DNA of 64,000 bases, from assembly GCA_047967505.1 (NCBI GenBank), contig CM106538.1; one strand, given 5' to 3'. Below are positions 40,615-53,406 of this stretch, piece by piece. The DNA comes from Dipteris shenzhenensis (lineage: Eukaryota). The translations under genes and the position numbers were made by a program. Below the pieces are notes generated by a model. It worked only from the letters and a program-made list of their open reading frames with translations, made no database searches and was not told where the DNA came from. Positions within the stretch are counted from its first letter, which is position 1, and every line of letters starts with the position of its first letter.

Positions 40615-41868
40615 TTACTGACCCACCTGTGAGCCCCCATATGAGGAGGACGAGGGCTCAAGGCACTGCAGGAGGTAGGAAACTGCAGACATTATTGCTT
40701 TTCCAGCCGAAAGATTTGATACAATGGGGATAGTCTCCCCTATATTCCTAGCAACCACACGCTGTGTTTTACCTTTATGTACAAATTCCAGCACTCTCTC
40801 GGGAAGAGTTAACTTCGTGGCCTTGTGATGGAACCAAGGCATACCCAAAACCACATCGTGATGTTTCAATGGGGAGATGCAGAAGTCTTCCTGGTCAACA
40901 TAACTTTGTACATGAAGATGGAGCTTCCCTATCAAAGGAGTGACAGGCACAGGGTTCCCACAGAATATTTGGTCATCATCCAGAGCCTTGCCCAACTCCT
41001 CCTCCTTTATTCCCAGCCTCAGGTCTAAATCCTCTGATATGAAATTATCTGTAGCCCCGGGTTTAAACAAAATCAGCGCCTGCTGGTCTCTGTTCTTGCC
41101 CCAAGATAGCAGTAACTGTCTTTCCTCTGGGTTTGTCACTCGGCCCAAAATGTCCAGAATTCCTCCTGCCATCGGCTTTTGCTGTTGTGGTGGCTTTCTC
41201 TGCTCCCTTGGACCCGAAGGCTTCTCAGGGCACTGGGCATGCCCTTCCTTTCCACATCTGAAACATTTCCCCTCTTTGCAAAATATGGCTATCTGCTCAG
41301 AGGAAAATTGGGGTTTGCCCTTAAAGGCTTTTGGTACTTGGTTTCCCCTCGGCTTCTGAGGCTGAAATTCCCTCTTTGGAGCCTTGGGAAACTCCTTTTT
41401 CTTTGCCTGAGGTGTGGTTGTCTTATTCTTGTCTGCTGTCCCGGCATAAAGAGAAGGCACTGTGGTGGGATCTTGTATATTCATTAAACTTGCCACAGTG
41501 GCTGCGTGCATGATATCCTGTATGCCCTTACGTTGCTGGGTACTAACCACAGCCGAAATCTTTGGCGTGAGACCAGACCTGTACTTTCTTACTTGTGTCT
41601 TCTTTGAGACCTTCTTGAAGGGAGTGATTTGCAAAAATGCATCCCAAAATTTCTGGTTGTAGGTCTCTACTGTATCTACTCTATCCATATGCAAGCTGTC
41701 CCAGGTGATAAGAACATTGTCTTTGAATTGCTTGGGCATAAAATGTTTGTAGAAGACTTTCTTGAAGCCCTTCCACTTTCTTGGAGCAGTGCCAACTGTA
41801 GTCTGTGCGCTCCACCATGCACTAGCTCCTGTTGTCAGGTGTAAACTCAAAGAGTCTGAAAACTGCAT
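40615..41868 (-). mobile_element. Ty3/gypsy gag-protease fragment
   Basis: 417-aa ORF: ASAWW, CFRCGKEGH, ILFKPGATDNFIS (catalytic D position reads K), DVVLGMPW. Confidence 0.85.
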
Positions 41869-42089
41869 GGCTTTTCCTGTCTAGCCATATTGGCCATTAA
41901 AAGTTGCCCTGTTGATGAAGGGTTTGAAAAGATACATTTGGGACTGCTCCATCATATCTATTTGTTAAGGAAGGCTTTGCAAGCAGGCTTTGGAAAGTTT
42001 TCACATGTAGGACTGCAAGGGAGCACCAACCCAATGGAGGTCCAATCAAGCAATCTACTAGAGAATGGTTGGTAATATGCTATACTTAA

Positions 42090-42528
42090 CTAACACAACT
42101 AACACCAGACCTATGTTTGGTTGGTAATATGCTGTACTTAACTAACACCAGACCTAACATAGCGTTTGCAATTGGAGTCCTATGCCAATTCTCATCCAAA
42201 CCGAGGGAGGATCACATGAAAGGTTTGAAGGTACGTTAAGGGAACATCTAGCTACATGATCATCGCTCGCTCCGATGTTGAGCTCGGAGGATTTTGCGAT
42301 TCGGATTGGGGTAGAGATTGGGACACATGGTGTTCCACTACACGTTAGTAGTTACTGCTTCATGTTAGCAGGTGGGACCATACCATGGCTAAGTAAGAAG
42401 CAACTTATTGTTGCCTTGTCTTCTACAAAGGCTGAATGTAGGGCAGCTTGTCAAGCGGCATGCGAGTCTCTCTGGCTCAGATGGATGCTTGAGGACATGG
42501 GAGTTCTTCAGGAGGTAACTCTAATGAT
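42090..42528 (+). mobile_element. Degenerate copia RT/RNase H fragment (target of L1 insertion; continues at 50321)
   Basis: TRPNIAFAIG, WLSKKQLIVALSSTKAE; IMCDNMS resumes after 50304. Confidence 0.75.
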
Positions 42529-45500
42529 TTTTTTATTTTTTTAAAAAGAACTTTGAAAAACCAAGCATACTATCAACCAAAGGGACCAGCTTGTTCCAAA
42601 GAGCCCAGCTCACTGCCTAGGGAATCTCTGGAATAGGGGATAAGAACCAGGGGAAAGGGGGGGGGACTATACAACCAGCGAATCCCTTGCGGTGTGAAAA
42701 TGCAAAAGGCACCTGCAAGCCATGCCTTGCAAAAACGTGCCCGCCTTGCGGCAGTCACTCTAGAACCCGTAGTCGTGCGCTCCCAGGTGGAACGCAGGGT
42801 GTAGATAATGTCTTGCCAGATGGAGACCAAACTGGCCGAGGGTGGAACATGGTGCTTGCCCATCACAAGGCTGCAGCGCGCAACCCATATGCTCCAAGCT
42901 ATAATGCTGTTCACTACATCCCACATGTCCTCCCCTCGTGTAGATGGAGAATCTAGCAGAGTAGGAGGGGTTGCCTCCTGAAGCTCGATCCTCTTGATGC
43001 TCTGATTGTAGATCTTGTACGCAGGGGAGACCTCGTCTATATGGAAAGCATGGCCTCCCTCTGCTAACCAAGCCGCCATGCTGCCCTAGGTGAAGCCTCT
43101 CTGTAGGCTTTGTAGTTCGGCCACAATCCGGAGGGATCCCAACCAAATCCTATGTCCACTGGGCAGCTCTAGAGGCAGTGAGGTATCGTCTCGAGGATCC
43201 CGTCAGTGGAATGATGACATCGTCCATCCACTTGCATTTGCTCCAACCAAGGTCCTATTGGCGGACCCCTGTGGGTGGCCAACCAGAAGAAATAGGCGGA
43301 TCTTCCTTGGCCGCAAGCTGGACCATAGACACGTCCAAAATTTGGATCTGACCTCCTGTGGCACTTGTTGTACTGTCCAGTGCCTCTCCCTTGAAGGGGT
43401 CCAAGTAACTGCCTCGATCTACAGCCTCCATCCAATCCGTGTAGGGTAGGAGAGAAAGGCCACCTCATCCATGTGCTGTGTGTGGCCTACCCTGGAAGGC
43501 CAAGACCACTCACTCGGATCCCACTACACCTCCCGTAGAGGTTGGCCCTCCCACATCCAAAGGCGTCACCTAGGGGCGTCCTACTCTGGAATGCTAGGGG
43601 GGTCAATGTGCCACTCCTTGCCCAAATGACTCACTACTCTGACCACCTCTGAATGTCGTTGCCCCGCTGAATTATGCATAATCCTTAGGGGTATCTCGGT
43701 CTTGGAGAGCTGTCCAAGCCATCTGCTATCCGCCCATGAGCAAAATCCCTCCCACCAAGACTCATGGATGGGAAGATCGATCTCCCTCATTGGATGCCCT
43801 GCACCTCGCATGTGAGCTAGGACTCCAAGACTCTCCTTTGTCTCCATGGGGAGCTTGCTCTACCTACCAAAGGAACTGGTTGGGCTGTTGTCCCACTGAG
43901 CCAACCTATGTGAGCCGATTGTCCAAGCATGAGAGGATCCTGATCCCTAATCTTCGGGTACCCACATCAGTTGGGAGCCCTTCCCCTTGAGCGGAGCCTC
44001 CGAGAAGATCCATCTGTGACTGCTGCTACTGCCCCCCTGTGCGTGGGGTGTTCAGGAGCAGCTCCCTTCTAGGGCTCTGCGCCTGGATTGAGGCCGCGCA
44101 CGATTAGCTTGCCCAAAAGGGCTCACTTTGCATCTCGGAAAAGCGTCGTTGTGTGGATGTGTACACATTCAGGATCCCAATCCTTGATTCTCCCACGTTT
44201 ACTCCCATCCAAACCGCCCGACCTATGATCAACTCGCCCTGGTCGTAAATCTCTGGGGTCACTGCCTAGAAGGCTGAAATGCAAACCCCACTGCAAGAGA
44301 CCAGACCTCTGGGCCCTGTCGCGGGAGGTGGTGGTGATGGCGGCCAATGTCCGCTGCAGAAAACATTTGCTCCTGAACCAAAAGAAAGTCTAATGTCCGT
44401 CCTACCATGGCCCTTTGCAACTCTTGATGAAGCATCAAATACTGTGGAGTTGATTGCGTGGCCGGTCGTGGATCCTATGCACATTCTAACTCATGAAGGT
44501 CCAACTCATGAGTCTGAAGCGTGGGTGAAACAAGGCTCTCTTATGCGTAGGAGCTTGTATTGGGTTTTGAGGGGAAGTAGTCCGTATCTGTAAGGCGGTG
44601 TACAAGAGGTATGATCGGCTCTACTCCCACCGTTGAAGCCCACTTCATCAAGAGGGAAACCTCCACATCAAGCTTGGCTGTGTAGTGATGGAGTGACCAA
44701 TGTGTGACCTGTGTGAATTGCACCTCTGGCCCCACTCGTATCACTGCCATGCCCAAGCCCACACCAGGCCTCTCCGGAGAGAAGCTAAGTTGGAAAAGAC
44801 TGAGTCACCTTGCGTGAGTCAAATATCTAGCCCCTGGGGGCTTATCCACTCCGCCATCATGCGTTTGACAAAAGTGGAGGTCCACTTCTCCTCGCCCGTG
44901 GCAGAGAAGTTAAAGCTCCAGAATGCATGGGTGCGAGAGCCCCCACGCCAATGGAATCCCCTTTGCGGGGCTGCAAGGTCATCACTGTCATCTCCAGTGC
45001 AAGGGGTACTCATCTGGGATCTCGAGGTAATTCCATGGGCCTAGCCTCCAAAACTCCATAGGTAGGGGTTGCCCAGGGTGAGGCCTCAAGCCTGGTAGCT
45101 GAGAGAACAAGCCCTCCGACTCATAACTCTGCGAGGAGGCAGAGTCCTAAGGAGGAGAGGAAGAGGGTTGAGGCTCAGAAGAGGAAGTTGCAACACTAGG
45201 GGAAGAGGAGGACGCAGTCATGCCCTTGCCCAAAGGCTTTGGGACGGGACCATGACTGGGAGGGGGCAGGAGGCGAAAGAAGAGGTGGCTGAAGTTGTTG
45301 CAGGGAGGGAGCAGAGGGCGGGTGGTGAGAGTGACTGCAGTAGGGGGGGCAGGCGAGGGGGGGGGAAGGGGAGAGGATGGAGGCAGGGGGCTGAGCTTAA
45401 AGTGGGAACTGGACGAGGGAGCTGGCCGCGGGGGAGGGGAGGTTCGAGGTAGACTTCAAGGCTGCTGGGGAGCTACCCGAGGCGTACTGAGGACCTGGCA

Positions 45501-45957
45501 TTTGGGGCACTTTGAAAAGCTATCCCCGAGGGGATTGCGTCGAGGAAGGTCTTGTCCTCCAAGCTCTGAGGCCAGGTTGAATAGGCTTCTCCATCTTGCT
45601 TTCCTTGCGTCGGGGAAGCGGCCCACTCTCTGTTTTTCTGCACTCGTGGAGTCCAGTGCGTCGTCGACGCTTTTGACGAGCCTTGGCGTTGGACTTCTTG
45701 TGCTCAACTTTAGTCCAAGTCCCTCCCAAGGGCTCCACCTAGGGAGTCTGCGATTCCATCTTGTCAGTGCTCGCAGCGAGTCACAGCCCCACTCACACCC
45801 CTCCAGCAATTGCGAGCCAGTTGCCCCATGTGTTTGTAGCGTAAACATTGCCCATGCACTGCCTTAATTCCCCACCATCAGGAGTCTCGAGGAAGATCTC
45901 CTTTGAAAGGGTCTCTGGGTGCACAACTATCAAACTGAGCTGGGGGACACCACTGTC

Positions 45958-46686
45958 CATAGTTACGCTGAAACGCCGAAACGGCGCAATTTAGGTCGGA
46001 AACGGCGTTTCCCCTGTGCGAGACCCCCCGAAATGCGAAACATGGCCGAAACGCAAAATGCGAAACGCGGCCCGAAATGCCGAAACGGCGTTCTAGACCA
46101 GAAATGTGCCGTTTCCAATGCCGTTTCGGGCGTGACCTAAAAAACAGGGATAGAATAACAAAAAACGCCGCGCGCCTACTTCTCTTCGTCGTGTTTTTCT
46201 GCTCGCCTGCTTGCTACTCTCCCCCAGGATTTCTTGGCGTGCCTGGTTCTCTCCCAGCCCTACGAGTGGCTGCTCTGACACTAGGACATTTGGGCTTTGA
46301 AAGCTGAATTACCATTTATGAATCATGATTGGTTTCTTAAATATCATGAATCATGAATCATTTTTCCATTTTGTAACTTGTTATAGGATTTATAAATTAA
46401 CCCATCTTGCGTAATTGAAATTTGCATTGTGTGATTGGTTGAACAATGAAACTTGAATCTTCAAAGTTACAATCAATATTAATGGTACTAGGTAGAGCTA
46501 TAGCTTATTGTGCACTTTTTTTGAAGGTAGAGCACTCTAAATGTGTGTATGCATTACTCTAAATCCCCTTTTGTAAATCCCCTTGATGACATGGCATTTC
46601 CCGTTTCACCCCTTCTCAAAAATCCCAAAATGTTTCCGTTTCCGTTTCCATTTCCCGTTTCCGTTTCCCCGTTTCCCGTAACTCTG
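45958..46686. mobile_element. Non-autonomous hAT DNA transposon (729 bp)
   Basis: TIRs catagttacg / cgtaactctg (9/10); 8-bp TSD ccactgtc / ccgccgtc; subterminal GAAACG repeats at left and CGTTTC at right. Confidence 0.82.
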
Positions 46687-47804
46687 CCGCCGTCAGCCAC
46701 CAACTGATGTAGCTGTCAGGGGAGAGCCTCCAGCACCGTGCCAAAAGCTCTGCCTATGGAGTGGACAACCAAATGTTACTCCTTTGGACGCCTCGGGAAG
46801 CGGAGCGTCACCAGGAAGCGGGGGACGTGGTGGGTCGCCTCCGTATCCTCCACCGTGAAGCCGTGGTACCAAGGAATGAAGTAAACCAAATGTGGGCTTA
46901 GAGGGAGAGGGCTCTGCTCCACAATGGCTCGGGTGGTGTCGGGGGAGCTTAGCTGGAGAAGGAAGGCACCTCCCCCATATGTGGTAAACTCTTGGATATG
47001 GTCACCCTCTAATGCAAGGCTCGCCTGAATCCAATCGCGCACTTGTCGCCTCGTGGGTGTGAGTCCCACTTTCCTGCCCACCATCGCTCTGTCCTGTTGT
47101 ATTTGGATTGCTTTCTTCACCTGCAGCTTGTCTTCTAGGGAAAGACGGACCTTGACAAGTTGGGGAGTCAATGATGCTGCCATTTGAGCTCCTCTGGCCA
47201 GACCAAGGGTCACCGCCAAGGTACAATCCTCCGGAAAAAACAAATTTGAACTCCACGCTGCCAAGAGAATGAGAGAAGGTAGGGAAAATAATAGAAAGGG
47301 AATCCTTTGTGAAGCTGTCCAAAAGGGCCAGCTCCGGGGGGCTGCTGAAGTTGAACACCTTGCCTAGCAAAGAGCCCTACAAGCTAGGAGACGCACAAGG
47401 GGTGGCTCAAGAGCTGCACAAGGTACACCAACAACCAAGACGGCTTCGGAATAGTAGACACAAACTGAAGGGAGGCTTCCTGCTTCTACGACCAAGAAAC
47501 CCGTCCCAAGAAACGTTTCAAGGAATAAGGGTTCCTTGAAGAAGCTCCAACTGTCGCGTTGCAGCCCAAGCTTTGCCCACCCTAGGACAAAGTGCCGCAA
47601 GCAGTCTCAAGGTGGTGTGACCTGCGACGGAGCTGAAGGCTGGCTGCTCAAGGCTGACTAGAACCTGGGTTACTAGAGCTAGCCAAACAACCACGTGGGG
47701 AGCACCCGGCTACTCACAAAGCAATAAAGCTGCTACTCAAACAGAAGTGCCCGAAGATGGCGGACCAGTGAAGCTCCATGGGCAGGTCCAAAGCTTCAGC
47801 AGCC

Positions 47805-47823
47805 TGTTAGAAACATGGTAAAT

Positions 47824-47869
<46 letters not shown>

Positions 47870-49717
47870 AAGAAGAAGAAGAAGAAGAAGAAGAAGAAGA
47901 AGAATATATTATCGTCCTCTGAAGACCAAAAATCGGCCTATGGGACCTGAGCAATACAAAATCCTCGTACACAAAGACTCCTCCCTTGGAGAGGAGGGTA
48001 TTAAGAGAAACTAGCTTTATGTCTTAGGTGAGTTCCTGTGCTTGAAAAGCTTATAGACAAACGTTCCTAAAGCTGGGGGTGACCCGCTATGTAGCATATC
48101 AGCCAGTTTGTTATGTCCCTCGAGATGAGAGCTAAATGCTTTTCGGATGTGAGTATAGTAAGGGCATATCATTACCATGTGTTCTTCAGTTTCTGCCATT
48201 CCCTGGTCACATAATTGGCATATTCTGCTCTCTTTTGGCATATCTTTCCATCCTCCTATTTCAATCTGCAGCTGATGTGATCGGGTGCAAAGTGAGGCCA
48301 AAGCTCTTCGCTTATGTATTGCCATAGGTGTGCAAATGTACTTCTGCGTGGCTGTTTCTCTTCCTGTATAAGTAGCCCAATATTCGGGGTTGATAAATTT
48401 ACGGTAGTACTCAAACTTATCTCTGTTTTCAGCTGTTTGCCATTTCCTGTGTAGTGCATTCAGCAGGTCATGATGAAAGGCATCCTCATCTACCTCCTCT
48501 GGAGAGTAGTCCAAGTACCTCTCTACCTCCCATTTTTGGAACCATTTTTTTAAATCTAGTGCCCATCCAGATGCCAAAATCTTACCCTTATTCGTCAAGT
48601 ACATTAAGAGGAAATAATGCTCAAATGAAGACATGAAGAAGGCTTTCATTCATTCATCAAGTACATCAAGACAAATGAAGTACACACCTTATATAAGCTA
48701 CTCACTCACACACTAGCACCTAGTGCATATGGGATAAGTCCCATGATGACATGTGGCACTCACACAAGACTCACACACATAGACTAGTACTAGATCACCT
48801 AGTACTATACACCAACACACTCTTTGACTATGATATCTCCAACACCCCCCTTCAAAGCAAAGAGTGTGAGACCCAACACGCAAAGAGTAGACCGATCCCC
48901 CCTCCACCACAATATTGCAAAGAGTAAGTCCGACTATCCAACACCTCCCATGTGATAGTGACTTCTCAGTCAACTTGCGACCGGCAAGGGCAAACCATCA
49001 CTCGTCATCCCCCCTTACTTTGAACTGGGTAATCAATACCATCAACCAAAGTAAAAGACAATTATTTAAGGGGAACAACCTAGGGTAGAGTACCTCTTAT
49101 TGACTCCAAATACATTCAATTTAGAGGGACAACTCAAGGCTGAGAATCTTTATTTGACTCAACACAAACATACATAGCATAGGGGCCTAGAAAGCCCAAC
49201 CCTGGTCAAATGGATCCTTGTCGTCAAGAGAGAGGCCATGAACCTCTGCTGTAGCTACATGTATCTCCTGCGGGGGCTCTTCAGGTTCAGCTTCGTCTTC
49301 AGTTAGAAGATTGGTATGATGCTTCTCTTGTTCGTGTGCTTTCTTCTTGAAGCAATGGGCTTCAATGTGTCCTTTCCTCTTGCAAAACCTGCAAATAATG
49401 TTCTTGTTGGTCTTCCATTTGCTTGTGGAAGCAAAGGCATGATCAATAGGAGAGGCAAGAGCGGCTTCCTTATTGGGACGATCCCTCTCAATGAGGATGG
49501 ACACCATATCATTAAACGTGGTAGTGGCAAGACGAAGGATCTCAAGAGTGTGCTCACAGCGAGAAATGCCATGCATACTCTTCATAAGGACGGCCATCTT
49601 ATCTTCATCATCAAGGACACTTTTCAAACTTGAGAGTTGTTGAACAAGAGATTGAAACTGGGCTAGATGATCAATCAACTCATCACTCTCTTCCATTTTC
49701 AGATTATAAAATTTGAG

Positions 49718-49771
<54 letters not shown>

Positions 49772-50012
49772 AGGGTGTGAGGAAATAATGCTCAAATGAG
49801 GACATGAAGAAGCTTTCATTCATTCATCAAGGACATCAAGACAAATGAAGTACACGCCTTATATAGGCTAGTCACTCACACACTAGCGCCTAGTGCATAT
49901 GGGATAAGTCCCATGATGACACATGGCACTCACACAAGACACACACATAGACTAGTACTAGATCACCTAGTACTATACACCAACACACTCTTTGACTATG
50001 ATATCTCCAACA
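47805..50012 (-). mobile_element. Small gag-only copia-type LTR element, internally deleted
   Basis: LTR repeat 48608-48844 vs 49779-50012; LTR terminus tgttagaaac at 47805; PPT gaagggggg at 48845; TSD cagcc/gagcc; gag remnant 49187-49720 with CRFCKRKGHIEAHC ending QGWAF*. Confidence 0.78.
47868..48607 (-). mobile_element. 5'-truncated RTE-X-like LINE 3' end nested in LTR microsatellite
   Basis: C-terminal SHQLQIEIGGW..ESRICQLC..ETEEHMVMICPYYTHIR motif, stop at 48017, stem-loop and (TTC)n tail. Confidence 0.8.
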
Positions 50013-50369
50013 GAGCCGTCAAGAACACTTTCTAGCAGTGAAGGTGTCTTTTGCTTGGCCGCCTTTGTCGGTCGACATTTGCTTCACCACCCTGTGCTTG
50101 AGAAGAGTTTGCTTAGCGTCGAGGTCGCCACAGCGCCACCACGTTTGTAGTTGCTCGTCGCTCATCCTTGCCAGTTTGTCCCACCTTCAAGAGCTGCCCC
50201 GAGTGCTACCACCATTGAGGGAGCTCACTTTAAGCATTTGCTACTATACTAAAGACCTGGTTATGCACATGCACACGGACAGTGATGACGGAAAGTCAGC
50301 TCTGAGGTAACGATAATTATGTGCGACAACATGAGTTACTAGAACATTGACTCGGGCAGTTATTTGCTA

Positions 50370-51210
50370 TGACAGATTTGGGCCAGCTGCATTACTATCT
50401 TGGCATTCAGTTTGCTCACATTGAGGGGGTCTTATGATGAGTCAGTCCAAATACATTGGATAGCTCCGATTGCAAACAAGTTTCTACACTCAGTTGAGTT
50501 TGGTTTCCGTTTCTTCATGGATGATGCTGTTGAGCTCTTTTATGCCACTCTCCATCAGTAAACTGTTGGATGCGTGATAGGTCTGTCCCACACACGGCCA
50601 AGTCTTCAGTATTTTATTTCCCAGTTGAGCAAATCAATGCTTAGTATAAGCACTCAGCATCAGCACGCTATGAAGCGTGTCTTCTGATACTTCAAGGCAC
50701 TCAAGGTTTGGGCCTTCTCTGTGGCCACCATTCTTCACTTACTTTGCATGCTTTTACAGATAGTGCTATTTCACTAGAGTGTCACATAGTGGCAATGATT
50801 TTATTACAGATAGTGCTATTACACTAGTGTCACACAGTGGCAACGGTTTTATGCTTGTAGTTTCATGCATTTCTTGGTTCAGCAAAAAGCATCCTACAGT
50901 TGCTAATCCCAACACTGAAGCCATGGTGGAATGTAATTGGCTACATAAACTACTTGCAGATCTTGATGTTGGTTAGACATCTCCCACCACTATCTACTGT
51001 GATAGTCAAATTGCTTTAGCCATTATACGAATTTATTTTTTATGTGCACACTAAGCACATTGAGGTTCATTATCACTATGTGAGAGACAACTGTTAGTCG
51101 GGGGTATTCACATATCTTATGTTCCAACACAAGACAATGTGGCATGTATCTTCACCAAGACGGTTCCATGATCCATGTTTGAAGCTTTTCAGCATGCTTT
51201 ACACTTGATT
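50370..51210 (+). mobile_element. Degenerate copia RT-RNase H fragment
   Basis: MTDLGQLHYYLGIQF, ISWFSKKHPTVA, YCDSQ, TKHIEVHYHYVR, IFTK; many stops. Confidence 0.8.
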
Positions 51211-51289
51211 ACATTTGTCATGCAATTTTGCCATCCTTCTACTTCCATAGGTTGCTATATCCTTTTGGATAAACATGTACAACCATGGC

Positions 51290-51755
51290 ATTACTATATA
51301 CTATGGTCTACACCCACCGTCGGGTGCTAGTGGGGATGTCATAGACTCATAGTAGCTAGTCCCTGCTATGTGTGATGGAGTTAATGGTTTCAACCTTATG
51401 AACGAATATCATGAGATTGAAACTGCACACTGTGTTGTTTTAAAGGATGAGTTTGGGCCTGTTCTTGGATTCATCTAGATATATGCTTCTGCAGTATAAG
51501 CGGATGTGCAAATTTCACCTTGTGAAGTTTTCATCCATGTTGCAGCCTGTTGATGTTGCGATAAATTCTTTCTATCTTAAGTGGTGCATTGCCCTATTAG
51601 TTGGATGTTAGATGCTCCTTTGGGAGAGACTAAAATGAAATTGTATAGTCATCACAAGCACTTGTAGCTTGATTGAAGAGGATGTGGACATCTTTTTGAT
51701 TAGCCTTCTCCTTTAGTGCTAGCCTTTGTCACGGTTGAGTCTGCCCTTCACGTCG
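51290..51755. repeat. Copy 2 (partial) of the ~560 bp dispersed repeat
   Basis: ggtctacaccca..gtggggatgtcatag..gattgaaactgcac..gattagccttctcctttagtgctagcc shared with copies 1 and 3. Confidence 0.85.
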
Positions 51756-53235
51756 GGATTCAAGGTCCAGTCATGTTAAATCTCTTAACGGCAAGCTGAA
51801 AAATGCTTGAAAGTTTAACCCCCTTGAAAAGGTATACTTGAAGGACGTTTTGTAAAGAGAAGAATGCTATTACTTTAAGCAAGATTTTGTTAAGGAATCT
51901 TGTGGGCAAGATCCATGGGTACTTCTTTGCAAGCCCTTTAAAAGAAGAATCCATTGTGCTTGTAAGCTTAGAGATTGGATTTCATAGTGTAAAGATCAAG
52001 ATTTTCCCAAGGATGAAGTAAGCCAGCTTGTCTTTGGCATTCCTCCCTATCCATTTGGCAGTGGCTTGTATCTTTGATTAATGAAGGTCAACTTTGGCTA
52101 AACTAAATGCCCAATACAAGGAGAATAATGACACTTAAAGAGTTATATCTTTCACATTTATAAACATGAATTTTACACAAGCTCCTTGTTAGGGTTAGAG
52201 TTTGACGCTATGCCATATATCTATGGGGCAATTTACACCAGTCTTAAGAAGGACCGATTTATCTAATATTTCTAAGAGGATAGATCTAGGTCTACTTTAC
52301 TATTTTGTTGGTATTAAGATCTGGTCAAGATAGTATTATCATGACCTAGTCTAAGTATCCATGGGAAGTTTTTCAAAGGTTTAGCATGATAGATGACAAG
52401 CCTATTAGTATGTCTATATTAAAGGGATCAAAGTTAAATAACAGCCTTATTAGTACTCCTTTGAAAAAGATCCAAAGTTTGTCGTTTAGACCAATGGAAA
52501 TGTGATTGCGTTTGTAGGGTAACTTTGCTATAACTGGCATAGTTCATGTTAAGGGTTCAAAAATAGATGGAAAATAGTGCGCTGTAGCCTACCTGCTAAG
52601 TTTCTTAACATAACAGAACGGTAGATGGGAAAGGGCCCTTATTCCAGTCAAGCATTCACAATTCCACACTCTGCAGATAGCATGGGCAGGCTTGTAAGAG
52701 AAAGATGATGTCCTTATGCCTCTTATGGAGCTCTTCTGTATTTGTCCCCTATCTCTGTTGTGGCATTTTCATTGATCCCTTTGCTGTGAGCAGATATCAC
52801 CGCCGTTGCTCTGAGTGCCATTTCGAAGCCACAATTTGATGCTGAAAGCGCTGACACATTTTATTTGGGATTATTCGAAAGGTTAAGCTATTGCGGACAG
52901 ATATGCAGATTATGGTTCTGTGATATGTAGAGCTTTGAATATACTTTCGTCTCGGTTAGTTCATAGATAAGCTACTTCTGATTTGAAAGGCATCAGCGTC
53001 TGGTTATCCCAAATATAGTGTACAAAGTCACCGAATATAGTGTACAAAGTCACCGTGCTATCTCGTTCCATTTTTAAATGTACCCCTCTGAAGTTCAAAT
53101 TTATAATCTATTTGTATTATTTTTTCATTTTGCTTGCGTGATCTAGTTCATGACCCAGGTAAATAGTGTTCTTAAATTGACCAAGTATCTCAGGATTGCT
53201 GTTGCCTGATCCATTTTCTGCTGGTGCATCTACAG

Positions 53236-53406
53236 GTGAGTCCACATGAATTCCTTCAGGCAGTTATGGTTGCAAGCAAGAAACGTTTTCGCATTGGAGT
53301 GCAGTCCGATCCAGTTGAGTTCATGTCCTGGTTGCTTAATACCCTTCATATCGATCTTGGTGGAACAAAGAAATCAAAAAGCAGCATTATTTACAAGTGT
53401 TTCCAG
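53236..53406 (+). CDS. USP39: USP39/Sad1 exon (VSPHEFLQAVMVASKKRF...QSDPVEFMSWLLNTLH...IYKCFQ)
   Basis: ctacag|GTG, CAG|gttagt; 171 nt, phase 0-0. Confidence 0.95.

Larger units (their letters stand above)
42529..50303 (-). mobile_element. L1-like element (DUF4283-type ORF1 + ORF2 C-terminus, no recognisable EN/RT) with nested insertions
   Basis: A-rich tail at 42528-42542; 17-bp degenerate TSD gaggtaactctaatgat (42512-42528) / gaggtaacgataattat (50304-50320); ORF1 46776-47264; WSIWVARC and ETIPHCL motifs 42573-43470. Confidence 0.75.

Noticed and set aside
53012-53055. Short tandem duplications (22-mer here; also ~50755-50845 and ~42066-42150)
   Set aside because: Ordinary local slippage duplications with no further structure.
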